From: Sedimentisphaerales bacterium | GTDB lineage: Bacteria > Planctomycetota > Phycisphaerae > Sedimentisphaerales > Anaerobacaceae | DNA length: 64,000 nt | Assembly: GCA_040772485.1 (NCBI GenBank) | Contig: JAXGYC010000008.1 | Span: forward strand, 128,001-192,000 | Direction of reading: 5' to 3' | Shown: one piece after another, positions 40,161 to 50,315 of the stretch | How the letters are laid out: every line of letters begins with the position of its first letter | Position numbering within the stretch: position 1 is the stretch's first letter | Notes under the pieces: model-generated | Databases searched by the model: none | Told to the model about the DNA's origin: nothing | What the model saw: the letters and a program-made list of their open reading frames with translations, nothing else | Translations under genes and position numbers: made by a program

Positions 40161-40371
40161 TAGTGCTTCCCCATTTCTATCACAGACCCTGGGCAGAAGC
40201 CCAAGGATAAAAGACCAGTGTATACCTGCAGACACAAACCAATTAGAGTCTTATATGGTACCGCGTCCAACAGGGGAGTTTCAAGTAAATCTGAGGCCTG
40301 CATGTAAGCTTTGTATTTTCAGAGCTTTACATATTCTGTCCACGTCAACTGGGCCGGACCTGTTGGGGTGG

Positions 40372-41784
40372 TTACGGTGCAGTTGCCGCCGGCATGGTCT
40401 CCAGCCAGTTGGTGGCCAACAGACGCAGGTCCGCCACGTCAATGAGGCCGTCGCGGTCGAAATCCGCACGCCCATCATACCGGGGCTGCGATTTGGACGA
40501 TCGCCAACTGCTCGACAGAATGACATAGTCGGCAAGATCAACCATGTGGTCGCGGTTGGCGTCGCCTTCCAGAGCCGGCGACACGGCGATCGGGCCTATG
40601 CAGACAATCGCCTGCGGGACGTGCGATGCGTCGATGCTCGTGGCCGCCTGGACACTCCTTTGCTCCGCGGGACTGAGCCCAGTCCGGAAACAGCATCCCA
40701 ACCCTATCGCGCTGGCCTGCAACAGCATGTTGCCGGCTACAAAACCGACTTCCAATTGCGCGTACGGCTGCCCCACATTGGAGGAATCGAGACACAGGAC
40801 AACATAACATGGCGCTTTCGGCAGACCGCTGACAGCCGATTGTAGACGGGGCCTTGCGTCGGCAGGGTCTGGGTTCTCGCTCTCGCTGCCGGGCCGTCGT
40901 CGGGCGTCTCCGTCGGCAGGGCCTAACGGCTCCAGTCGATGGTCCCGGGTCCCCGGGTTCGTGCTCGGGTCCCTGTTCTGGTAGCGGTGCACACCGTCTT
41001 CGTTCACCAGGTAGATGCTCTGCGACAGGTAGTAGTTCGCATAGGCGGAGGGAACCGTCAGACCCGCGCGGCCGTTGCTCGTCACGTGGGCCGTGCAACC
41101 GTACCCTGCCCACAGAATCTGGGAAACCTGATGCGAGGTCAGGTCAGTCTGCATGAGACTGTCGACGTATTTCAGATCGGCCAGGACCCCTTCCAGGCTG
41201 TTGTCGCCAGTCATGGACGGGTCCGGCAGCCATCCCGGCTGTTCCGGGGCCACGGAGCAGCGTGCGGCCAGTTGCGTCGTCAGGTTGGCGACCGGCTGCA
41301 CTCCGAAGATCAGCCTCGTCGTGGGGTATCCAATGCCCTTGGGACAGCACGCCACCGGCGATTCCGTGCTGCGTGCCAGAGACACCGAGGCGAGGATCGC
41401 CGGCATGAACATGACGCCCGCATCGAACTCCAGTTGGGCGTCATAGATGATCGCAAAACCGCCGTCCGAGACGACCTCGTCCGAGTGCCAGCTCAGCGAG
41501 TGGTCGGTCGGGTCGTATCGATATGTTCCGCTCGGCGTCGCAACGAATATGTTCCGATAGGACCCGGTGACTGGGGCTCGTCCGGCCGCCCACAGGATGT
41601 TGCTCATCTGCTGGACGCTGGCCGCCGCTCTGCTCAGGGTATGCTGTGAGTACCTGCTGTTCAGGCACGTCTCTACCGGGTTTTGCGTGACGATCGGCGG
41701 CGGAAGAGCCCCGGCAAGGATACCCTGAGCCTGACAGAGCATCGGCCAGACCGCCAACGCCAGAATCGCTGCTACATCTCTCAT
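40372..41784 (-). CDS. Secreted tandem SagB-type nitroreductase-fold protein with a C-terminal dockerin-like domain
   Basis: Signal peptide; repeated SNILWAAG / SQILWAGYG, TVPSA and EVGFVAGNMLLQASAIGLG; duplicated DxNxDxxVD calcium loops. Confidence 0.72.
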   Translation of the reverse strand: MRDVAAILALAVWPMLCQAQGILAGALPPPIVTQNPVETCLNSRYSQHTLSRAAASVQQMSNILWAAGRAPVTGSYRNIFVATPSGTYRYDPTDHSLSWHSDEVVSDGGFAIIYDAQLEFDAGVMFMPAILASVSLARSTESPVACCPKGIGYPTTRLIFGVQPVANLTTQLAARCSVAPEQPGWLPDPSMTGDNSLEGVLADLKYVDSLMQTDLTSHQVSQILWAGYGCTAHVTSNGRAGLTVPSAYANYYLSQSIYLVNEDGVHRYQNRDPSTNPGTRDHRLEPLGPADGDARRRPGSESENPDPADARPRLQSAVSGLPKAPCYVVLCLDSSNVGQPYAQLEVGFVAGNMLLQASAIGLGCCFRTGLSPAEQRSVQAATSIDASHVPQAIVCIGPIAVSPALEGDANRDHMVDLADYVILSSSWRSSKSQPRYDGRADFDRDGLIDVADLRLLATNWLETMPAATAP

Positions 41785-42015
41785 GTCCAGTCTCCGCACA
41801 TGGAATGCTGTATACGACATCTCCTCCGAAGAACGCTACTCCCGATCCCGTACAGTGTAGCACTCGCATTGCTTGCCGCGAAAGGAAAACCGGAGACATT
41901 GGAGACCTGGCATCGCCGCCCAAGCCGGGACCAATTATCTGTTGCCGACGGATGGGGGGCAGACGTACAATCAGGCATCGTGCCTGGCTGATTCACAATC
42001 TCCGGAGGTTGCACA

Positions 42016-43329
42016 ATGAAGCCAACGACATTTCATCCCACCCGACGCGGTTTCCTCAAGGCCATACTGGCGGCGAAGATCGCGCCGGCCTTCGTGCCGG
42101 CTCGCCTGCTGAGGGCGGGCCAGGCGCCGTCGAGCAGGATCACGCTCGGCGTCATCGGCGTCGGAGCTCAGGGCCTGTACGACATGCGCAACTTCCTGGG
42201 CTATGACGACGTTCGCGTGACCGCCATCTGCGACGTGAACCAGCGGAACATCGAGACGGCGCGCGGCGTCATCGCCGAGGCCTACGGCAGTCGGGAAGTG
42301 AAGGTCTTCTCCGACTTCCGCGAGATGAACGCGGACCGCTCCATCGACGCCGTGCTGATGGCTCTGCCCGTCCATTGGCACAGTATCGCCGCACAGGACA
42401 CCATCCTCCAGGGCAAGCACATCTACCACGAGAAGCCAATGGCCATGTCGTTCGAGGAGGCTCGTCGGGTGCGTGACGCGGTGCACAAGACGGGCGTCGT
42501 GTTCCAGTTCGGCACGCAGCAGCGGTCGGACCTGTACTTCCGCTGGGCGTGCGAGCTGGCTCTGAACGGACGACTGGGCAAGGTCAAGGAGATTCAGGTT
42601 TCAGTCCCCGGCGGCAAGGAAGGTCCGCCGTTCCCCGAACAACCTGTGCCGGAATACGTGGACTGGGATCGCTGGGTCGGGCCGGCTCCGATGACGGCCT
42701 TTCACGAGGACAAGCTCCAGCGCGACAACCACGAGAACATCACGAACTTCTCGCTCGGCATGATCTCCTGCTGGGGCATTCATCACCTGGACATCGCCCA
42801 GTGGGGAAACGACGCCGACCGGACCGGACCACGGTTCGTAGAAGGCGAAGGTGTCTTCCCGAGGGAAGGAGCATTCGATGCGATTCTGCGGTGGAGAGTT
42901 CGTTTCGATTACGCCGGAGCAGCGCCGATAACGTTCGTCCAGGACGGCACGGAGGGCTACGAGCATGGCATCCGCTTCGTCGGCGAATCGGGCTGGGCCC
43001 ACGTCACGCGCGGGGCGTTGAACCTCCACAATCCCGACGTCCTCCGCGATCCGCAGAACAAGTGCGGCACGATGCCGATCCGGCTTCCGGCCAGCCGCGA
43101 CCACATGCGCAACTTCGTGGACGCGATCCGTAACGGCACGCGGGCAATCTGCGATATCGACACCGCCGTGCGGTCGGACATCCTCTGCCAGATCGCGCTG
43201 ATCGCCGTCAAGCGGGCCCGTCGGCTGGAGTGGGATTCCCAGGCCGAGCGATTCGTCGATGACGATCAGGCCAACGCCATGCTGCGCAGCAGGGCCTTTC
43301 GCGGCGACTGGAGACTGAAGGAAGCCTGA
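42016..43329 (+). CDS. Tat-type Gfo/Idh/MocA oxidoreductase
   Basis: TRRGFLK, IGVGAQG, YHEKP, GTQQRS and WGIHHLDIAQW. Confidence 0.92.
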   Translation: MKPTTFHPTRRGFLKAILAAKIAPAFVPARLLRAGQAPSSRITLGVIGVGAQGLYDMRNFLGYDDVRVTAICDVNQRNIETARGVIAEAYGSREVKVFSDFREMNADRSIDAVLMALPVHWHSIAAQDTILQGKHIYHEKPMAMSFEEARRVRDAVHKTGVVFQFGTQQRSDLYFRWACELALNGRLGKVKEIQVSVPGGKEGPPFPEQPVPEYVDWDRWVGPAPMTAFHEDKLQRDNHENITNFSLGMISCWGIHHLDIAQWGNDADRTGPRFVEGEGVFPREGAFDAILRWRVRFDYAGAAPITFVQDGTEGYEHGIRFVGESGWAHVTRGALNLHNPDVLRDPQNKCGTMPIRLPASRDHMRNFVDAIRNGTRAICDIDTAVRSDILCQIALIAVKRARRLEWDSQAERFVDDDQANAMLRSRAFRGDWRLKEA

Positions 43330-43459
43330 AGAACGAGTGGCTGAGGCCATGCCGCTTCGCTAACGCGGTCTCCTCGCTCGCGTCGGTTCTGCCGTTCGAT
43401 TGCGCTTGAGTTTCCGACGCCCGCACGGCATAATGGATGCGCTTTGGAAGGGAGTGATT

Positions 43460-44260
43460 ATGCCAGGCAACACGACCTTTCGAGAAGATCGCAGGCAGCA
43501 CGTAGGGTTCACGCTCATTGAGCTGCTGGTCGTGATCGCGATCATCGCAATCCTGATGGCGGTTCTGATGCCCGCTCTCCAGCGGGCCCGAGAGCAGGGC
43601 AAGCGAGCGGCGTGTCTCAACAACACCAAGACGCTGGCTCTGGCCTGGATCATGTACGCCGGTGAGAACGACGGCAGGATCCCGCGAGCCAACGCCACCG
43701 AAGACCCGGCGGTCAAACACTGCTGGATCCGAAAGCCGCCCGGGACGCTCCCGGTCGATGCCTCAGAGGAGGTGCAACTGGAGGCCTTGCGCAGCGGCGT
43801 GCTGTTCCGGTATGCGCCGAACCTGAAGGTCTATCGCTGTCCGGTGGCGAAAAGCGTCGAGATGAGAACGTACAGTTGCACCCACGCCATGAACGGGGCG
43901 GACATCGGCGAGAACGCACCCGTCTGCAAGAAGATCGACGAGATCAAGCGGCCCGGCACGCGTATCGTTTTCATCGACGACTACGGAGAAGACTGGGATG
44001 CGGCGTGGACCGTCCACTACAACCAGCCCCAGTGGTGGAACCCCATTCCCATGCGCCACGGCAAAGGAACAGTGGTCTCGCTTGTGGACGGACACTGCGA
44101 GTTCTATGCCTGGACCGACCCTCGCACGATCGACTGGGCTCAACTGAGCTGGCTGGAGGCGGAGACCCAGCGAGGCGGGTCCCTCACAAACCAGCCCGGA
44201 AACGAAGACCTGGAGAAGATCCAGAAAGCCTACTGGGGCAAGCTCGGCTACACCCCATAG
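43460..44260 (+). CDS. Prepilin N-terminal / H-X9-DG (DUF1559-like) protein
   Basis: [25 protein letters not shown] and [14 protein letters not shown]. Confidence 0.9.
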   Translation: MPGNTTFREDRRQHVGFTLIELLVVIAIIAILMAVLMPALQRAREQGKRAACLNNTKTLALAWIMYAGENDGRIPRANATEDPAVKHCWIRKPPGTLPVDASEEVQLEALRSGVLFRYAPNLKVYRCPVAKSVEMRTYSCTHAMNGADIGENAPVCKKIDEIKRPGTRIVFIDDYGEDWDAAWTVHYNQPQWWNPIPMRHGKGTVVSLVDGHCEFYAWTDPRTIDWAQLSWLEAETQRGGSLTNQPGNEDLEKIQKAYWGKLGYTP

Positions 44261-44273
44261 ACTTGATGCATCC

Positions 44274-46205
44274 TCACATACGCCGTTGTGTGTCGCCGGA
44301 CCCGTCCAGCGATTGCTGCGTTGTGACGGTCTTCCAGCCTCTACCGAGAATCGCGAGATCCTGCAAATCCACAGAGCCGTCCCCGTTGAGGTCCGCCTCC
44401 GAATCATTCAGGTCCATGCGCTGGAGCCAGTTCTCGCACAAGGCCGAAAGATCGCGTCGGTCCACATCCCCATCGCTGTCGAAGTCTCCCTCGATTGCAG
44501 TGCTGTGCAGAAGAACCAACTCAATGCCCCCGCCCGTTCCAAGGTTCCGTGAATACTGCTTGTCGATCTCATTGTCCCAGTGCTCGTGCACACCGAGGCT
44601 CTCCAGACGGGCCACATCGCCGGCATGGTCCGGATCGTAAAAGGTTCCCGAGCACGGGTCGTTGGCCAGTGCCGCTTCATGCAGGTAATCCTCGGCTCCT
44701 CCCTGCATATCGTATTTGGGGCTGGGCGAGTGGCCGTATCGGACCACGTCCGGCCATTCCGCGTTTACGAAGTCGTATCCCACCGAGTCGATCGCCACCG
44801 GGTCCTGAGAGGCAAGGATGCTCGATGGCCAGTCGCCGTTGAACGGCGGCAGGTTCCATTTGTACGGATGGGCTTCCCAATAGTAGCCTCCGAAGAGCCC
44901 GTCAATCAGATAGAGAACGGTCTTGCCGCCAAGCTCGGAATGCCCCATGAGATCCACAAGAGAGCGGTACCGACCCGTCCCCGGACTCCAGGGCGGACTC
45001 TGCCCGGCGTTCGGCAAGCTGTAGTGCATGTTGTAGTAGTCGTAGCGCATTCCCTGCCCGGGCAGGCCGGGAAGCTCCGGCCTGCGATACCGGTCCGGGG
45101 TTCGGATCAGCGAGCCGTAGTGGTTCTTCGCGCAGAGCGTTATGCCCGATGAATGGCCCTTCAGAATGGCGAAGTTGACGATGTAGTCCGCCTCGGCAAA
45201 TGCCGTGGGCAGGTAGTCCTGTACCTTGCCATTCCCCTCGGGCGTGCTCCAGTATAGCGGAACATCCGAGAACTCCGCCCGGGTCCGGCCGGAACCGCCA
45301 TAGTTGTCGAGGTAATGCACATCCGGAAACTCCGGATGCACCATTTCCCAGTAGTAGTTCGGCACCATTCCCGTCGGATCGCCAATGGTGATATCGCTCT
45401 GAGCGACTCCGACGGTGTACACCAGTTGGCGCAACAGCGAGAGGGTCATCTGAGGCGAGTTGTCGATCCGATTCATGACACTCAACTTCTTGTCATACGT
45501 ATATGGGTTGACGTCGCCCCCGGCGGCATTGCAGGTGGTCAGATTGATCTTGACGGCGATCTTCTCGCCAAGGCAATAACCCACGTCGCCTTTGCCCCGG
45601 CTGATGTTGAAGTGTCGGAAGATCGCCTCCCAAGCCGACGCGTCGGAGGTCCGCCCTGCCACGCCCCGAATGGCCTGCGAAACCATTCTCTCCACGACCA
45701 GCGGATCGGTGCAGCCGTCATGCCACCAGTGCTCCGGCGAATCATAGCCGTCCCAATCGGTCGCATCCGGATCATGGACCCAGACCACCCGACCGGGGTG
45801 AATTCCCTTGGCCTGCCCGATCGGCTCATGAGGTTCCCAGGGCTCGCCCGTCGCGGAAAAGCGGCCGGGAAAATCGGCGAGCGATGCCACGCCCAGGAGG
45901 GCCGCCGTGACCAGGCAGATGCTCGCGAGCGCGACCCGAGAGCCTCTCACCAGCCGCCGGATCCTGCCCGACACACTGACGGACGTCACGAGAGCGGCAA
46001 GCCAGATGACGAATCCCGACGCCAGAGGCATGGCCACGCGCTGGCAGGGATATGTCGCTCGCGAAGGTTTCGGCACCACTCGGACCAGGAACCAGATCAG
46101 GGCCGCCAGCCCGGTGATCGGGAAGGCCCATCTCGCCCAGCGATGCTTCCGCCGACGCCTCGCACGTTGGCAGCCGTCACAAGGCACTGTCTCGTTCGTT
46201 TGCAT
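44274..46205 (-). CDS. DUF362-like membrane-anchored protein with a C-terminal dockerin-like domain
   Basis: WFLVRVVPKPSRATYPCQ, IAVKIN, LKGH..ITLCAKNHYG, DPVAIDSV and GVHEHW; GDFDSDGDVD/ADLNGDGSVD loops. Confidence 0.75.
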   Translation of the reverse strand: MQTNETVPCDGCQRARRRRKHRWARWAFPITGLAALIWFLVRVVPKPSRATYPCQRVAMPLASGFVIWLAALVTSVSVSGRIRRLVRGSRVALASICLVTAALLGVASLADFPGRFSATGEPWEPHEPIGQAKGIHPGRVVWVHDPDATDWDGYDSPEHWWHDGCTDPLVVERMVSQAIRGVAGRTSDASAWEAIFRHFNISRGKGDVGYCLGEKIAVKINLTTCNAAGGDVNPYTYDKKLSVMNRIDNSPQMTLSLLRQLVYTVGVAQSDITIGDPTGMVPNYYWEMVHPEFPDVHYLDNYGGSGRTRAEFSDVPLYWSTPEGNGKVQDYLPTAFAEADYIVNFAILKGHSSGITLCAKNHYGSLIRTPDRYRRPELPGLPGQGMRYDYYNMHYSLPNAGQSPPWSPGTGRYRSLVDLMGHSELGGKTVLYLIDGLFGGYYWEAHPYKWNLPPFNGDWPSSILASQDPVAIDSVGYDFVNAEWPDVVRYGHSPSPKYDMQGGAEDYLHEAALANDPCSGTFYDPDHAGDVARLESLGVHEHWDNEIDKQYSRNLGTGGGIELVLLHSTAIEGDFDSDGDVDRRDLSALCENWLQRMDLNDSEADLNGDGSVDLQDLAILGRGWKTVTTQQSLDGSGDTQRRM

Positions 46206-46327
46206 CGTCCTTTCCTCCCGGAATCAGAGCCGAGCCTTGGTAGCCGATGCCACGATTATACAACAGAAGGCGTGTGAATGGTGCAACAATCGCACGAGGT
46301 GGCTCGCACGTCGGTTGGCGATATCAA

Positions 46328-48598
46328 CTATCGCCTCACCGCTCCCCCGCCGCCTCCCGGCACATTTCCGCCACCGCCGGGCGCCCCGCCGCCACCCGTA
46401 TTGGCGCCGACGTTAGTAACCATGCTGGAAATGGTGAAACTGGCGTACTTGGTGCCCGGCGTGTAGGTTCCATCCTGGTACAGACCGTCAGAAGCCGTGC
46501 CGGTGGAACTGCCCCCGTAATAGACATCATATGTGGAGCCTTTGACCAGGTCCTGCGACGAGAACGCCACGGAGTTGTACTGCTTGCCGGGCACGAAGCT
46601 GAGAATGTCTTGCCCGCTGCTGTTCTGGATATGTACCAGGGTCTGCGCCGACAGCATGGTGTTGAACGTCAGGAGGATCGAATACTGCGTCGAGGAGGTG
46701 CTGGGCGCCTGGGCCATGCCGGAATTTCCGGCCGCCAGAAGAAATCCCCCGGTCATCTGGAACGACAGATGATCCAGTGCGGCGTTCATGTTGGACGTAG
46801 GACCATGGACAATGACGACACCATCGGTCATCACCACAGCCCCGTTGGAGTCGATGCCGTCCCCCGCGGCGTCAATCACCAGATAGCCGCCGTTGACGTA
46901 GAGGTAGCAGTCGCTCGACGCCTCAGGCGTAACACCGCCTCCGCCCGGCCATCCGCCCGGCCAACCCATGGCAAACTCGTCGCCCCCGGCAGAGACGTTG
47001 ATCCCGTCATCGCTCGACACGATGCGGATGCGACCGCCATTGATGACGATGTTGGCATCGGTGCTTTCCATGCCCTCGTAAGACTTGGCGATGTGGATGT
47101 CCCCACCGTTGATGACCAGGTCGGCGTTCGCGTGAATGCCGTCGTCGCCTGCAGAAATGACAAAGACGCCTCCATTGATAGTCACGTTTCCATCCGAGTG
47201 GACAGCGTCGTCTGCAGAATCCACCGTGAGGTCTCCGCCGTCAATCACTACGCTGCCGACTCCCTTGATTCCTTTGGCGGACGTAGTCGTCGTGGTCCTG
47301 GCATTGCTGCCGCCGCCGGAGGAAAGGATGAGTTGCCCGCCCGCGATGGTGAGGTCGGCCTGGGCCGCGATCGCATCACCGGCGGCCGTGATATCGATTA
47401 CACCATCCACGATGGAGACATGCTCTGCGGCAATGATGCCGTCGTCGCTTGAGACGATCTGGATGGCCCCACCGGTGACGGTGATCGCATTGCTATCGAT
47501 TCCCTCATAACACCAGGTAACCTGAATGTCTCCCCCATTGACCTCCACGGCCGAATTGGCGTGAATGGCATCGTCAGTGGAAGAAAGGACAAACGTGCCG
47601 CCGTTGATGACCAGGCGGTCATTCGAGTGGAGGGCATCGTCCCCGGAATTGATGTTGAGATCGCCGCCGCTGACGACCACACTGATGCCGGCCGAGATTC
47701 CCTTGCCCACGGTGGCGGCGCCAGCCCTGCGGTTGGTGCCGCCGCCCGAGCGCAACGTGATCTGTCCATCGGCGATCAGGATATCGGTTTCGGCCTGAAT
47801 CGCATCCGCTCCGGAGACAGTGTTCAACGCGCCCGCCTCGATAGATACATATCCCTTGGTGTCGTCTTGCTCGTTGTCGGACTTCAGACCATCGCCTCCG
47901 GCGTTCACGAGGAGATCGCCGCCCCGGACCACCAGATAATCCTTGCCCCGGATTCCATCATCGACCGCATCGATGTCGATGGTCCCACCGGCAATGATCA
48001 AGCCGTCCTTGCTGGAAATGCCGTCGTTGACATCGCCGCAGACGCTCAGCCAGCCGGCGCCACAGATGGTCAGATCGTCCCGGCTGAAGATCACCGCATT
48101 GGGCTCCTCCGCTTGCGAACCCTCGACAGCGCCCGATCTCCCGTCTGAAAGGTAGTTCTCCGTGTCCTCGGCGAGGACCACGACGGTCTTCTTGGCTTTC
48201 TCAACCAGAATCGCAGCGCTCCAGGAACAGTGAATATCGGCTCCGTCCAGAATGAGCCTCACCGTCCCCTTGTCCGTGGAATCCACGACGATCTGGCCGT
48301 CCGCCAGAACGCCGCTGATGCTGTATGTGCCTGCCCGCGTGATCGTGAGCACGTTGCCGTCAACCGTAGCGCGGGCTCCGTCGACGGCGATGGCCGTATC
48401 GTTCAACAGGATCTCGATGACGCCGGCGCTGTCCCAGACGTAGTCCTCGGGGTCTTCGTGATCGGCGCAGTTCTCCACGGCTGGATCGGCCACGGCCGGT
48501 TCATCGCCGGACACCTGCGAGTACGATGGGACCCCCTGCAGCAGTCCCGCGATAAGAAGCACTGCGGCAACACGTCCAACAGCCTTGCCTGACAGCAT
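46328..48598 (-). CDS. Cthe_2159 (DUF4353)-type beta-helix carbohydrate-binding protein
   Basis: TITRAGTYSISG..GQIVV, repeated DGI/DDA.HS/YEG.E acidic rungs and DGIDSNG; Gly/Pro tail. Confidence 0.85.
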   Translation of the reverse strand: MLSGKAVGRVAAVLLIAGLLQGVPSYSQVSGDEPAVADPAVENCADHEDPEDYVWDSAGVIEILLNDTAIAVDGARATVDGNVLTITRAGTYSISGVLADGQIVVDSTDKGTVRLILDGADIHCSWSAAILVEKAKKTVVVLAEDTENYLSDGRSGAVEGSQAEEPNAVIFSRDDLTICGAGWLSVCGDVNDGISSKDGLIIAGGTIDIDAVDDGIRGKDYLVVRGGDLLVNAGGDGLKSDNEQDDTKGYVSIEAGALNTVSGADAIQAETDILIADGQITLRSGGGTNRRAGAATVGKGISAGISVVVSGGDLNINSGDDALHSNDRLVINGGTFVLSSTDDAIHANSAVEVNGGDIQVTWCYEGIDSNAITVTGGAIQIVSSDDGIIAAEHVSIVDGVIDITAAGDAIAAQADLTIAGGQLILSSGGGSNARTTTTTSAKGIKGVGSVVIDGGDLTVDSADDAVHSDGNVTINGGVFVISAGDDGIHANADLVINGGDIHIAKSYEGMESTDANIVINGGRIRIVSSDDGINVSAGGDEFAMGWPGGWPGGGGVTPEASSDCYLYVNGGYLVIDAAGDGIDSNGAVVMTDGVVIVHGPTSNMNAALDHLSFQMTGGFLLAAGNSGMAQAPSTSSTQYSILLTFNTMLSAQTLVHIQNSSGQDILSFVPGKQYNSVAFSSQDLVKGSTYDVYYGGSSTGTASDGLYQDGTYTPGTKYASFTISSMVTNVGANTGGGGAPGGGGNVPGGGGGAVRR

Positions 48599-48944
48599 TT
48601 CGATTTCCTTTCAAGGCGACCCGGTCTGGCAACCAGGCAATAGCATCGGCGTTTTCCTCACACCACCTCAGCGTGATCCCCCATGTTCCAACATACCAAA
48701 AAGGCACAGCTCAGGGCAGACTCCTGCCCGTCGGCCGCATATATAGTGCCTCGGATTTCGGAATGGTAACACCCCAACCGGAGATTCTTCATCGCCGGTT
48801 CCTGACAGACAAGAATCAATATAAATCTTTATAGACTCAAGAGATAAAGATTGAGAACAGTGGGATTGTCCCAGCCGTCTTGCCGGGATATGACGCTCGG
48901 GCTACAATGCGGTCCATGCCCAACCCCTTTCGAAGGAGTCCGCT

Positions 48945-50294
48945 ATGAACGCCATGAACCGCGCCAAACCAACATCTCGCAGGGAATTCCTGAAACTGTC
49001 CGGCCGGATGGCTGCCTCTGCAGCCCTCGTGGCGGGAATCGGCCCTCGCATGCATGCGGCCGAGGGCGGACCGATCAAACTGGCCCTCGTCGGCTGCGGA
49101 GGCCGAGGCACCGGAGCCGTCGCCGATGCCTTTACAGCGACCGGTGGTCCGGTGAAGCTCCATGCCATGGCGGACCTGTTCGAGGATCGCCTACAGAGCA
49201 GCCTGAAGAACCTCAACGAGGCTCATGCCGACAAGATCGACGTCCCGCCCGAGCGGCGGTTCGTCGGATTCGACGCCTACAAGAAGGCCATCGACTGCCT
49301 GAGCCCCGGAGACGTGGCCATCTTGGCGACGCACGCCGCCTTTCGCCCGATGCACTTCGAATACGCGGCGAGCAAAGGGGTCAACGTCTTTGCCGAGAAA
49401 TCATTTGCGACGGATGCCCCCGCCGCACGCCGCTGGCTCAAGGCGGCGGAACTGAGCGAGAAGAAGGGCCTGAAGGTGGGCGTTGGCTTCATGTGGCGTC
49501 ATTCGCAGGCCCGGCAGGAGACGATCCGGCGGATTCACGATGGCGCCATCGGCGACGTGCACACCCTGCGGATCTATCGCGTGCATGGGCCGGTCCAATG
49601 CCCGCCATTGCCGAAGGACACCAACGAGCTGGTCTTTCAGCTTCGCTATCCGAACAGCTTCACGTGGGTTTCATCCGGTTTCTACATCGACTGGCACTGC
49701 CACAACATCGACGTGGCCTGCTGGACGAAAGGCGCCTGGCCCGTCTCCGCCCAAGGCATGGGCGGGCGCTGCTTCGAAGAGGCGGGCAGCCAGTTCGACC
49801 ACTACACCGTCGAGTACACATTCGCCGACGGCACGAAGCTGTTCACCTTCTCGCGGCACATGCACGGTTGCTGGGAGACGTACACGGACTACGCCCACGG
49901 CTCGAAGGGCTCGGCGGTGCTGATGGCCACTCTGGGCGAGCCGCGGCCGAAGATCTACAAAGGCCACCAGCAGACGCCGGAGAATCTGCTTTGGGAGTTC
50001 GCGGGCCGCGATCCCAACCCCTACGTAGTCGAGTGGCAGCGCCTGCTGGATGCGATTCGTCAGGACAAGCCACACAACGAAGCGCGCCGGGCCGGAGAAG
50101 CGGACATCGCCGCGCTGATGGGACGCATGGCCACGCATTCCGGCCAGTTCATCACCTGGGACCAGGCGATGAACTCACAGTTCCAGTTCGTCACCGACAT
50201 CGACCGCATGACCTTCGACACACCCGCTCCGATGCACGCCGGCCCCAACGGTCTCTATGCACCACCACAACCAGGGATCACGAAGGAACACTGA
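48945..50294 (+). CDS. Tat-type Gfo/Idh/MocA oxidoreductase (close paralog of 35663-37033)
   Basis: SRREFLK, VGCGGRGTGA, FAEKSFATD and HNID. Confidence 0.92.
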   Translation: MNAMNRAKPTSRREFLKLSGRMAASAALVAGIGPRMHAAEGGPIKLALVGCGGRGTGAVADAFTATGGPVKLHAMADLFEDRLQSSLKNLNEAHADKIDVPPERRFVGFDAYKKAIDCLSPGDVAILATHAAFRPMHFEYAASKGVNVFAEKSFATDAPAARRWLKAAELSEKKGLKVGVGFMWRHSQARQETIRRIHDGAIGDVHTLRIYRVHGPVQCPPLPKDTNELVFQLRYPNSFTWVSSGFYIDWHCHNIDVACWTKGAWPVSAQGMGGRCFEEAGSQFDHYTVEYTFADGTKLFTFSRHMHGCWETYTDYAHGSKGSAVLMATLGEPRPKIYKGHQQTPENLLWEFAGRDPNPYVVEWQRLLDAIRQDKPHNEARRAGEADIAALMGRMATHSGQFITWDQAMNSQFQFVTDIDRMTFDTPAPMHAGPNGLYAPPQPGITKEH

Positions 50295-50315
50295 TCTCGA
50301 CAGGAGAAGCATCAC

